Of a stretch of DNA of 64,000 nt, positions 26,865 through 38,600 are shown in pieces. Below the pieces are notes generated by a model. The model saw nothing but the letters and a program-made list of their open reading frames with translations. It did not search any database and was not told where the DNA came from. The position numbers were made by a program, and so were the translations under genes. Source of the stretch: Eledone cirrhosa (taxonomy: Eukaryota); assembly GCA_964016885.1 (NCBI GenBank), contig OZ024743.1, positions 112,344,001 to 112,408,000 of the forward strand, in the 5' to 3' direction. The first letter of the stretch is position 1; each line of letters begins with the position of its first letter.

Positions 26865-29800
26865 GGCAATGCCTAAGGACGTGGTGGGTTTACGCCTGGC
26901 AAGCGTTCTCCCTATAAAAAGCCACAGATGTCCGCAAGAGTACTGTGACGTGGGGAGCATGACCCGCCACTAAATAGGGCCACTGCCCCCCTCTCCCCCA
27001 CTTGTCGCACCCGAGGCATTGTATTCCAGATGAGACGGAAGAACCATTTGGTCAACGGCTCGAATGGAACTTCGGGAGCATTGGGACCCCGGTTTGGTTA
27101 ACTACCAAGAAAAGTTGTATGAACTGGTCTACTGGTCATCGTCTCCCAATGGGTGCGACTCCCTGATCTCGCTCCGCTGCCTTAGTCAAAGGCTCCCCAA
27201 AGTAAACCCCCTACTTCAGCCTAGGCAACCGGGTAGTATTACGCCTTCTGGAGAGGGAAACTCCGACATCAAACCTTCGGCCCGAGGACCTCGCTGTCTC
27301 CGTCCCAGCTCGCTAGGCCATGGCAGATGAACCTCGTGCTTAAAGGGTGGAGCCAGTTTGCGCGCACTGCACTTAACCTTAAAACTCCTCAGCGCAGGCC
27401 GAAGGACACGTCCACGTTCTATGACCAACCATTCCAAAAGCCCTGCAGTGATGGGAATGGGGCGAAAGCGGCAGGTGGAAGATGTCACTGGAACCCGTTC
27501 TCTCGATCCTACATTTAGGTGGCTCAGGACTTTGGTCGCCTTGTTGTCGACCCGGAGGCGACGACACCACTCGGCAGCATGCTGAGCGACCAGGCAGCCC
27601 TATTTAGGGTGAACAAGCATTGCCTGCTCCACATAGAGAGGAGCGGTAGAAAAGGTTCGCCTAAACAAAGCTCGTCTCGTCTATACCCAGTTGGCTAGCC
27701 GCTGTCAACGGGCATCTTCAGAGCGGTCAAACGAACAAACATGCAAACAAAACTAAAGAAAAGTAAGCAGGACTTGAAAGTTGCCTGATGGAATGTCAGG
27801 ACTATGCTTGACAAGGCTGACAGCAGCTGCCCGGAACGTCGTTCGGCTCTCATTGCCCATGAACCCCCCCCCCCCCCCCCCGCCTCAACATCGACATAGC
27901 AGCTCTCAGCGAGGTCCGCTTCGCTGATGAGGGCAGCCTCAAACAACGCGGCGCTGGCTACACCCTTTTCTGGTCCGGGAAACCATCATCTGGAAGACAC
28001 CTGTCGGGTGTAGGACTCATGGTGAGGAATTCCATTGCCTCCAATCTGGAAACGTTACCCACGGGCCACTCGGACCGCATCATATCCATGCGCCTACCAC
28101 TGGAGAGCAAACAACATCTCACGCTCTTCAGTGTCTATGCTTCAACGCTACTGGCAGATCCTGCGGACAAAGACAGTTTCTATTCTGATCTGCGCAGACT
28201 CGTGAACAACACCCCTGCAGACGACAAGGTTCTGATCCTTGGCAACATCAACGTAAGAGTTGGGTGGGACTCTGAGGCCTGGAAAGGAGTCCTTGGAAGA
28301 CACGTCGATGGTGGCTGTAACGACAACGGGGGCCTCCTGCTCGAGTTCTGCACAGAGCACCAACTTGCCATTACCAACACAATCTGCCAACAGAAAGACG
28401 CCTGAAAACAACTTGGATGCATCGTCGGTCCAAACATTGGCATCTACTTGACTATGTGATTGTGCGCCAACGGGACTGAAAGATGTTCTACACACGAGAG
28501 TGATACCAAGTGCAGAGTGCCACACTGACCATCGCCTCGTCCGCTGCAAGTTCAAACTGCAGTTCAAACCCAAACCCAAGAAGAAAGGTAACCCCGTAAA
28601 GAAACTCAACGTCAGCAGCCTGTGCCGGGAGGAGGTGAAAGCCAAGTTCCAAGCAGACCTGCAGTAGAAACTAGACGAATCCTCTTGCACTGATGACTCC
28701 ACCCCAGACACCTTGTTTGAGAACCTGAAATCAGCCATCCTTAAGACATCTGAGGAAGTCCTTGAGCACACAAAAAAGAAAAACAAGGACTGGTTTGATG
28801 AAAATGACAAGGAGATCCAGGACTTACTAGCAAAGAAGAGGGCAGTTCATCAGGCCCACCTTGCACAACCAACCTGTCCTGTAAAGAAAGATACCTTTCG
28901 ACGCGCATGCAGCACCCTACAGCGCAAACTCAGAGAAATACAGAACGAGTGGTGGGACCACCTGGCGTGGAGAACCCAGCTGTGCGCTGACCTCGGAGAC
29001 TATAGGGGCTTCTACGATGCTCTGAAAGCAGTGTATGGCCCCACCCACCAGGTCCAGAGTCCCCTGCGCAGTTCAGATGGAGAGGACCTCCTCACCGATA
29101 ACACCTCCATTCTCGCTCGCTGGTCCGAGCACTTCCAAATACTCTTCAGTGCTGACAGCACCGTACAGGACGCTGCCATCCATCGCGTTCCTCAACTTCC
29201 ACTCAAAGAGGAGCTCGACGAACCACCTACCCTCGAAGAGACGACTGAAGCCATAGAACAACTCAAGAGTCGCAAAGCAGCTGGAAGAATGGAGGTCCGA
29301 CGCTCCACGACAAGCTACACGATTTTCTTGTCTGCTGTTGGGAGCAGGGTAAGCTGCCACAGGATCTTCGCGACGCCGTCATCATAACCCTGTACAAGAA
29401 CAAGGGTGAAAAGTCTGACTGCTCCAACTACCGGGGAATCACCCTACTCTCCATCGCTGGCAAAGTACTTGCCAGGATCCTGCTCAACAGGCTCATATCA
29501 ACCATTGCTGAAGAAAACATCCCCGAGAGCCAGTGTGGTTTCAGAGCCAACAGAGGCACGACGGATATGGTGTTCATCCTCCGCCAACTCCAGAAGTGCC
29601 GAGAGCAAAACAAGGGACTCTACGCTGCTTTTGTCGACCTCACAAAAGCATTTGACACAGTAAGCAGGACAGGACTATGGCTCATCCTGGAACGACTTGG
29701 CTGTCCCACCAAGTTTCTACAGATGGTGATCCAGCTGCACGAGAACCAGCGCGGCCAGATCAGACTCAACGGTGACCTGTCAGAGCCCTTCCCCATCTCC

Positions 29801-30989
29801 AACGGCGTGAAGCAGGGTGTGTCCTGGCACCGACTCTCTTCAGCATCTTCTTCAGCATGATGCTCAAGCATGCAACTGAGGATCTGGATGATGGGGATGG
29901 GGTGTATGTCAGGTACCGTATGGATGGCAGCCTCTTCAATCTACGGCGCCTCCAAGCCCATACTAAGACCCAAGAGAGGATGATCCGAGACCTTCTCTTC
30001 GTGGACGATGCTGCCCTCGTCGCCCACAGAGAGCGAGCTCTGCAGTGCATCACGTCCTGCTTTGCGGACGGCTCACGGCTCTTTGGTCTGGAGGTTAGCC
30101 TCAAGAAGACGGAGGTTCTTCACCAGCCTGCCCCCCAAGAGAATACCGCCCACCCTACATCACTATCTGCGATACCGAACTGAAACCAACACAGCAGTTC
30201 ACATACCTGGGCTGCGTCATCTCATCCGATGCAAGGATCGACAAAGAAATTGACAACAGACTCTCTAAGGCAAGTAGCTCCTTTGGCAGATTGTACAAAC
30301 GTGTTTGGCACAACAAAAACCTGAAGAACAAGACAAGGATCAGCATCTACAGGGCCGTGGTTCTCACCACTCTCCTCTACGGCTCGGAGACCTGGGTCAC
30401 CTACCGCAGTCACATCCGTCTCCTCGAGCGCTTCCACCAGCGATGTCTCCGCACCATCCTCAACATTCGCTGGAGTGACTTCGTCACAAACGTTGAAGTT
30501 CTGGAGCAGGTTCCCCAGCATTGAAGCCATTCTACTGAAGTACCACCTCCGATGGGCAGGGCATGTCTCCAGAATGGAGAACCATCGCCTTCATAAGATC
30601 GCCTTGTTTGCCGAACTCACCACCGGCCACCGAGAGAGAGGATCCCCGAAAAAACGCTACAAAGACTGTCTCAAAAAGTCTCTCACCGCATGACATGACC
30701 ACCAATGCTGGTCAGACCTGACTGCGAACCGTGATGCCTGGCGCCACACGATCTTCAACGCGGTCAGCGAATTTGAGGAAGACAGAAGATACGCGCAAAA
30801 AGACAAGAGACGCAGAAGGGAGGCCCGCGCCGCCTCTGACACCACACCGGACGTTACCTTCATCTGTGGACACTGCTCACGGACCTGCCTTTCCCGCATC
30901 GGACTTGTCAGTCATGAGCGTGCCTGCAGACGACGTGGACAACGTTCCTAATCTTCGTTCGCGAAGCCAAGCCTTGATGATGATGATGA

Positions 30990-30992
<3 letters not shown>
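26788..30992 (+). mobile_element. Full-length disrupted RTE-clade LINE with (TGA)n tail
   Basis: About 950-bp 5' UTR, a single EN-RT reading region and a very short 3' UTR TCTTCGTTCGCGAAGCCAAGCC(TGA)n; AT-rich flanks. Confidence 0.93.
27741..30951 (+). pseudogene. RTE endonuclease and reverse transcriptase, disrupted
   Basis: WNVRT, SVYA, TDHRLV, NYRGITLLS, FVDLTKAFDTV, GVKQG, LLFVDD, LLYGSETW, LRWAGHV and C-terminal CGHCSRTCLSRIGLVSH. Multiple stops and frameshifts. Confidence 0.93.
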
Positions 30993-31049
<57 letters not shown>

Positions 31050-31214
31050 TGTGTGTGTGTGTCTGAAAGAAATCTACTGTGTTCAGACTTGCCAATGAAT
31101 GGGCTCCGCCAGGTTTTAATGCTCAAGCCACGCTGTATCCTCGACAGTTCCCCTACAAACAGGAAATACGGTTCCATACATTTACATACATGCATGCATA
31201 CATACATACATACA

Positions 31215-31246
<32 letters not shown>

Positions 31247-31507
31247 ATAACATCCATACCTGCACACGCATGCATGCAGACATGCATACATGTCTACCTA
31301 TATTGATGTGTAAATTCCAATGAGAGAGTCTTGTGTCTATTGGCAAACATTTGTGAAATTAAAACCAGAAGAACATACATACATATATTCATTCATATAT
31401 GTTTACATTAACTAGCTTCAAATATGTTTTATGTATAGGGATATCTGCTAACCCCTGCAATAAAATTCAGCAGCGTCAACAAAAGATCTATATTATTATT
31501 GTTAAAT

Positions 31508-31693
31508 GGGCGGTGGATTGGCAGTATTAGTAGAGGGTCGGACGCCATGCTTTCCAGCATAGTTACGTCCCTTTACGATCTGAGTTCAAATCCCTCCGAG
31601 GTTGACTTTGCCTTTCATCCTTACGGGGTCGATAAAATAAAGTACCAGTAATGCACTGGGTAATTTGCTGGCCTTGTGCCTAAAGTAGAAACA
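31508..31693 (+). mobile_element. Complete SINE family A with 16-bp target site duplication
   Basis: ATTATTATTGTTAAAT at 31492-31507 and 31694-31709. Confidence 0.93.
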
Positions 31694-31938
31694 ATTATTA
31701 TTGTTAAATAAACCTCGATAATATGTCTTGCAGTACGTAGTTATATCCCTTTAACTTCTGAGTTCAAATACCACCTAGATCAACTTTTGCTATCATCCCT
31801 CCGAAGTCGATAAAATAAAGTCCCAATCCTTTGTTATAGTAAATATATTGTGATATTACTGCTGTTGTTTGTTAGTAATTTTATGGCTGACATTGTTGTA
31901 GTGATGATTATATTTGGGGTTTTGTTGGTGATATAGAT

Positions 31939-32115
31939 CAGGCATGTCAAACATGCCGCCCTTTATAAGCACACATGCGGCCCACACAACGGTTTTTACA
32001 GCGCGAGCATAATATAAAATTAAAAAATGTGCGCAAATAGTTGTCATATGTGGCCCTCAGACAACACATATGACACCCATGTGGAAATCGGGGGACCCTC
32101 AGTTTGACATGCCTG
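31939..32115. mobile_element. hAT (Charlie/Buster-like) MITE, 177 bp
   Basis: Perfect 14-bp TIR CAGGCATGTCAAAC and 8-bp TSD ATATAGAT (31931-31938, 32116-32123) with central TA. Confidence 0.92.
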
Positions 32116-32604
32116 ATATAGATGATGTTGTTAGCTATCGTGTTGGAGTTGTTGTTGATGGTGGTAATGGTCTGAATCGTGGTAGTCGTTGTCGTTATTA
32201 TTGTGATGGTGGGGCTCATACTGGTGACCTTGCGGATGATCTTTGTTATCTGTTGGTAGCGCTGTTTCTGTTGATGTTGCTGTTTGTTTTTATAGTGATG
32301 TTGGTTATGATGGTGGTATTGATGGTGATGGTCGGAAGTGATAATTGTTGATGGTGTTGTTATTCGTATCGTTTGTGATAGGGGTGGTGGTCGGAGTGAT
32401 AGTTCTGGTTTTAGTGGTTGTTGTCCTCGTACCGGTGGTGATAATATTGTTTGTGTTGTTGTTGTTGTTGCTGGTGGTGTTGTTGTTGGTGGTGGTGTTG
32501 TTGTTGGTGTCAGTGGTAGTTGTGATGGTACTGTTGGTGACGGTATTAATAGTAATATTAAGGATGGTATTGATGGTGATGTTATTGCTGAACGTATTGC
32601 TATT

Positions 32605-35600
32605 GGTGTCAATGATAGTTGTAATGCTGCTGTTGGTGATGGTATTGTTAGTCGTGGTGTGGTTGTTGTCAATGGTAGTTGTGATACTGCTGTTGGCGAT
32701 GGTATTGTTAGTAGTGGTGTTGTTGTTGTCAATGGTAGTTGTAATGCTGTTGTTGGTGATGGTATTGTTAGTGGTGGTGTTGTTGTTGTCAATGGTAGTT
32801 GTGATGCTGTTGTTGGTGATGGTATTGTTAGTGGTGGTGTTGTTGTTGTCAATGGTAGTTGTAATGCTGTTGTTGGTGATGGTATTGTTAGTGGTGGTGT
32901 TGTTGTTGTCAATGGTAGTTGTGATGCTGCTGTTGTTGGTGATGGTATTGTTAGGGGTGGTGTTGTTGTTGTCATTGGTAGTTGTAATGCTGCTGTTGGT
33001 GATGGTATTGTTAGTGGTGGTGTTGTTGTTGTCATTGGTAGTTGTAATGCTGCTGTTGGTGATGGTATTGTTAGTGGTGGTGTTGTTGTTGTCATTGGTA
33101 GTTGTAATGCTGCTGTTGGTGATGGTATTGTTAGTGGTGGTGTTGTTGTTGTCATTGGTAGTTGTGATGCTGTTGTTGGTGATGGTATTGTTGGTGGTGG
33201 TGTTGTTGTTGTCATTGGTAGTTGTAATGCTGCTGTTGGTGATGGTATTGTTAGTGGTGGTGTTGTTGTTGTCATTGGTAGTTGTAATGCTGCTGTTGGT
33301 GATGGTATTGTTAGTGGTGGTGTTGTTGTTGTCAATGGTAGTTGTGATGCTGTTGTTGGTGATGGTATTGTTGGTGGTGGTGTTGTTGTTATCAATGGTA
33401 GTTGTGATGCTGCTGTTGGTGATGGTATTGTTAGTGGTGGTGTTGTTGGTGTCAATGGTAGTTGTGATGCTGCTGTTGGTGATGGTATTGTTAGTGGTGG
33501 TGTTGTTGTTATCAATGGTAGTTGTGATGCTGCTGTTGGGGATGGTATTGTTAGTGGTGGTGTTGTTGTGTCAATGGTAGTTGTAATGCTGTTGTTGTTG
33601 ATGGTATTGTTAGTGGTGGTGTTGTTGTTGTCAATGGTAGTTGTAATGCTGCTGTTGTTGATGGTATTGTTAGTGGTGGTGTTGTTGTTGTCAATGGTAG
33701 TTGTAATGCTGCTTTTGGTGATGGTATTGTTAGTGGTGGTGTTGTTGTTGTCAATGGTAGTTGTAATGCTGCTGTTGTTGATGGTATTGTTAGTGGTGGT
33801 GTTGTTGTTGTCAATGGTAGTTGTGATGCTGTTGTTGGTGATGGTATTGTTAGTGGTGGTGTTGTTGTTGTCAATGGTAGTTGTGATGCTGTTGTTGGTG
33901 ATGGTATTGTTAGTGGTGGTGTTGTTGGTGTTAATGGTAGTTGTAATGTTGCTGTTGGTGATGGTATTGTTAGTGGTGGTGTTGTTGTTGTCAATGGTAG
34001 TTGTGATGCTGCTGTTGGTGATGGTATTGTTAGTGGTGGTGTTGTTGTTGTCAATGGTAGTTGTGATGCTGTTGTTGGTGATGGTATTGTTAGTGGTGGT
34101 GTTGTTGGTGTCAATGGTAGTTGTAATACTGTTGTTAGTGATGGTATTGTTAGTGGTGGTGTTGTTGTCAATAGTAGTTGTAATGCTGTTGTTGGTGATG
34201 GTATTGTTAGTGGTGGTATTGTTGGTGTCAATGGTAGTTGTAATACTGTTGTTAGTGATGGTATTGTTATTGGTGGTGTTGTTGTCAATAGTAGTTGTAA
34301 TGCTGTTGTTGGTGATGGTATTGTTAGTGGTGGTGTTGTTGGTGTTAATGGTAGTTGTGTTACTGCTGCTGGTTATGGTATTGTTAGTGGTGGTCTTGTT
34401 GTTGTCAATGGTAGTTGTAATGCTGTTGGTGATAGTATTGTTAGTGGTGGTGTTGTTGTTGTCAATGGTAGTTGTGATGCTGCTGTTGGTGATGGTATTG
34501 TTAGTGGTGGTGTTGTTGTTGTCAATGGTAGTTGTGATGCTGTTGTTGGTGATGGTATTGTTAGTGGTGGTGTTGTTGTTGTCAATGGTAGTTGTAATGC
34601 TGTTGTTGTGATGGTATTGTTAGTGGTGGTGTTGTCAATAGTAGTTGTAATGCTGTTGTTGGTTATGGTATTGTTAGTGGTGGTCTTGTTGTTGTCAATG
34701 GTAGTTGTAATGCTGTTGGTGATAGTATTGTTAGTGGTGGTGTTGTTGTTGTCAATGGTAGTTGTAATGCTGTTGTTGGTGATGGTATTGTTAGTGGTGG
34801 TGTTGTTGTTGTCAATGGTAGTTGTGATGCTGCTGTTGTTGGTGATGGTATTGTTAGGGGTGGTGTTGTTGTTGTCATTGGTAGTTGTAATGCTGCTGTT
34901 GGTGATGGTATTGTTAGTGGTGGTGTTGTTGTTGTCATTGGTAGTTGTAATGCTGCTGTTGGTGATGGTATTGTTAGTGGTGGTGTTGTTGTTGTCATTG
35001 GTAGTTGTAATGCTGCTGTTGGTGATGGTATTGTTAGTGGTGGTGTTGTTGTTGTCATTGGTAGTTGTGATGCTGTTGTTGGTGATGGTATTGTTGGTGG
35101 TGGTGTTGTTGTTGTCATTGGTAGTTGTAATGCTGCTGTTGGTGATGGTATTGTTAGTGGTGGTGTTGTTGTTGTCATTGGTAGTTGTAATGCTGCTGTT
35201 GGTGATGGTATTGTTAGTGGTGGTGTTGTTGTTGTCAATGGTAGTTGTGATGCTGTTGTTGGTGATGGTATTGTTGGTGGTGGTGTTGTTGTTATCAATG
35301 GTAGTTGTGATGCTGCTGTTGGTGATGGTATTGTTAGTGGTGGTGTTGTTGGTGTCAATGGTAGTTGTGATGCTGCTGTTGGTGATGGTATTGTTAGTGG
35401 TGGTGTTGTTGTTATCAATGGTAGTTGTGATGCTGCTGTTGGGGATGGTATTGTTAGTGGTGGTGTTGTTGTGTCAATGGTAGTTGTAATGCTGTTGTTG
35501 TTGATGGTATTGTTAGTGGTGGTGTTGTTGTTGTCAATGGTAGTTGTAATGCTGCTGTTGTTGATGGTATTGTTAGTGGTGGTGTTGTTGTTGTCAATGG

Positions 35601-38600
35601 TAGTTGTAATGCTGCTTTTGGTGATGGTATTGTTAGTGGTGGTGTTGTTGTTGTCAATGGTAGTTGTAATGCTGCTGTTGTTGATGGTATTGTTAGTGGT
35701 GGTGTTGTTGTTGTCAATGGTAGTTGTGATGCTGTTGTTGGTGATGGTATTGTTAGTGGTGGTGTTGTTGTTGTCAATGGTAGTTGTGATGCTGTTGTTG
35801 GTGATGGTATTGTTAGTGGTGGTGTTGTTGGTGTTAATGGTAGTTGTAATGTTGCTGTTGGTGATGGTATTGTTAGTGGTGGTGTTGTTGTTGTCAATGG
35901 TAGTTGTGATGCTGCTGTTGGTGATGGTATTGTTAGTGGTGGTGTTGTTGTTGTCAATGGTAGTTGTGATGCTGTTGTTGGTGATGGTATTGTTAGTGGT
36001 GGTGTTGTTGGTGTCAATGGTAGTTGTAATACTGTTGTTAGTGATGGTATTGTTAGTGGTGGTGTTGTTGTCAATAGTAGTTGTAATGCTGTTGTTGGTG
36101 ATGGTATTGTTAGTGGTGGTATTGTTGGTGTCAATGGTAGTTGTAATACTGTTGTTAGTGATGGTATTGTTATTGGTGGTGTTGTTGTCAATAGTAGTTG
36201 TAATGCTGTTGTTGGTGATGGTATTGTTAGTGGTGGTGTTGTTGGTGTTAATGGTAGTTGTGTTACTGCTGCTGGTTATGGTATTGTTAGTGGTGGTCTT
36301 GTTGTTGTCAATGGTAGTTGTAATGCTGTTGGTGATAGTATTGTTAGTGGTGGTGTTGTTGTTGTCAATGGTAGTTGTGATGCTGCTGTTGGTGATGGTA
36401 TTGTTAGTGGTGGTGTTGTTGTTGTCAATGGTAGTTGTGATGCTGTTGTTGGTGATGGTATTGTTAGTGGTGGTGTTGTTTTTGTCAATGGTAGTTGTAA
36501 TGCTGTTGTTGTGATGGTATTGTTAGTGGTGGTGTTGTCAATAGTAGTTGTAATGCTGTTGTTGGTGATGGTATTGTTAGTCGTGGTGTTGTTGGTGTTA
36601 ATGGTAGTTGTGTTACTGCTGTTGGTTATGGTATTGTTAGTGGTGGTGTTGTTGTTGTCAATGGTAGTTGTAATGCTGTTGGTGATAGTATTGTTAGTGG
36701 TGGTGTTGTTGTTGTCAATGGTAGTTGTGATGCTGCTGTTGGTGATGGTATTGTTAGTGGTGGTGTTGTTGTTGTCAATGGTAGTTGTGATGCTGTTGTT
36801 GGTGATGGTATTGTTAGTGGTGGTGTTGTTGTTGTCAATGGTAGTTGTAATGCTGTTGTTGTGATGGTATTGTTAGTGGTGGTGTTGTTGTCAATAGTAG
36901 TTGTAATGCTGCTGTTGGTGATGGTATTGTTAGTGGTGGTGTTATTGTTGTCAATGATAGTTGTGATGCTGCTGTTGGTGATGGTATTGTTAGTGGTGGT
37001 GTTGTTGTTGTCAATGGTAGTTGTGATGCTGTTGTTGGTGATGGTATTGTTGGTGGTGGTGTTGTTGTTATCAATGGTAGTTGTGATGCTGCTGTTGGTG
37101 ATGGTATTGTTAGTGGTGGTGTTGTTGTTGTCATTGGTAGTTGTAATGCTGCTGTTGGTGATGGTATTGTTAGTGGTGGTGTTGTTGTTGTCAATGGTAG
37201 TTGTGATGCTGTTGTTGGTGATGGTATTGTTGGTGGTGGTGTTGTTGTTATCAATGGTAGTTGTGATGCTGCTGTTGGTGATGGTATTGTTAGTGGTGGT
37301 GTTGTTGTTGTTGTCAATGGTAGTTGTGATGCTGCTGTTGGTGATGGTATTGTTAGTGGTGGTGTTGTTGTTATCAATGGTAGTTGTGATGCTGCTGTTG
37401 GGGATGGTATTGTTAGTGGTGGTGTTGTTGTGTCAATGGTAGTTGTAATGCTGTTGTTGTTGATGGTATTGTTAGTGGTGGTGTTGTTGTTGTCAATGGT
37501 AGTTGTAATGCTACTGTTGGTGATGGTATTGTTAGTGGTGGTGTTCTTGTTGTCAATGGTAGTTGTGATGCTGCTGTTGGTGATGGTATTGTTAGTGGTG
37601 GTGTTGTTGGTGTTAATGGTAGTTGTAACGCTGCTGTTGGTGATGGTTTTGTTATTGGTGGTGTTTTTGTTGCCAATGGTAGTTGTAATGCTGCTGTTGG
37701 TAATGGTATTGTTAGTGGTGGTGTTGTTGTTGTCAATGGTAGTTGTAATGCTGCTGTTGTTGATGGTATTGTTAGTGGTGGTGTTGTTGTTGTCAATGGT
37801 AGTTGTAATGCTGTTGGTGATAGTATTGTTAGTGGTGGTGTTGTTGTTGTCAATGGTAGTTGTGATGCTGCTGTTGGTGATGGTATTGTTAGTGGTGGTG
37901 TTGTTGTTGTCAATGGTAGTTGTGATGCTGTTGTTGGTGATGGTATTGTTAGTGGTGGTGTTGTTGTTGTCAATGGTAGTTGTAATGCTATTGTTGTGAT
38001 GGTATTGTTAGTGGTGGTGTTGTTGTCAATAGTAGTTGTAATGCTGTTGTTGGTGATGGTATTGTTAGTGGTGGTGTTGTTGGTGTTAATGGTAGTTGTG
38101 TTACTGCTGTTGGTTATGGTATTGTTAGTGGTGGTGTTGTTGTTGTCAATGGTAGTTGTAATGCTGTTGGTGATAGTATTGTTAGTGGTGGTGTTGTTGT
38201 TGTCAATGGTAGTTGTGATGCTGCTGTTGGTGATGGTATTGTTAGTGGTGGTGTTGTTGTTGTCAATGGTAGTTGTGATGCTGTTGTTGGTGATGGTATT
38301 GTTAGTGGTGGTGTTGTTGTTGTCAATAGTAGTTGTAATGCTGTTGTTGTGATGGTATTGTTAGTGGTGGTGTTGTTGTCAATAGTAGTTGTAATGCTGC
38401 TGTGGTGATGGTATTGTTAGTGGTGGTGTTATTGTTGTCAATGATAGTTGTGATGCTGCTGTTGGTGATGGTATTGTTAGTGGTGGTGTTGTTGTTGTCA
38501 ATGGTAGTTGTGATGCTGTTGTTGGTGATGGTATTGTTGGTGGTGGTGTTGTTGTTATCAATGGTAGTTGTGATGCTGCTGTTGGTGATGGTATTGTTAG

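Noticed and set aside
27864-27881. Poly-C run inside the RTE endonuclease region
   Set aside because: Probably slippage in a dead copy or a sequencing error; no evidence for programmed frameshifting.
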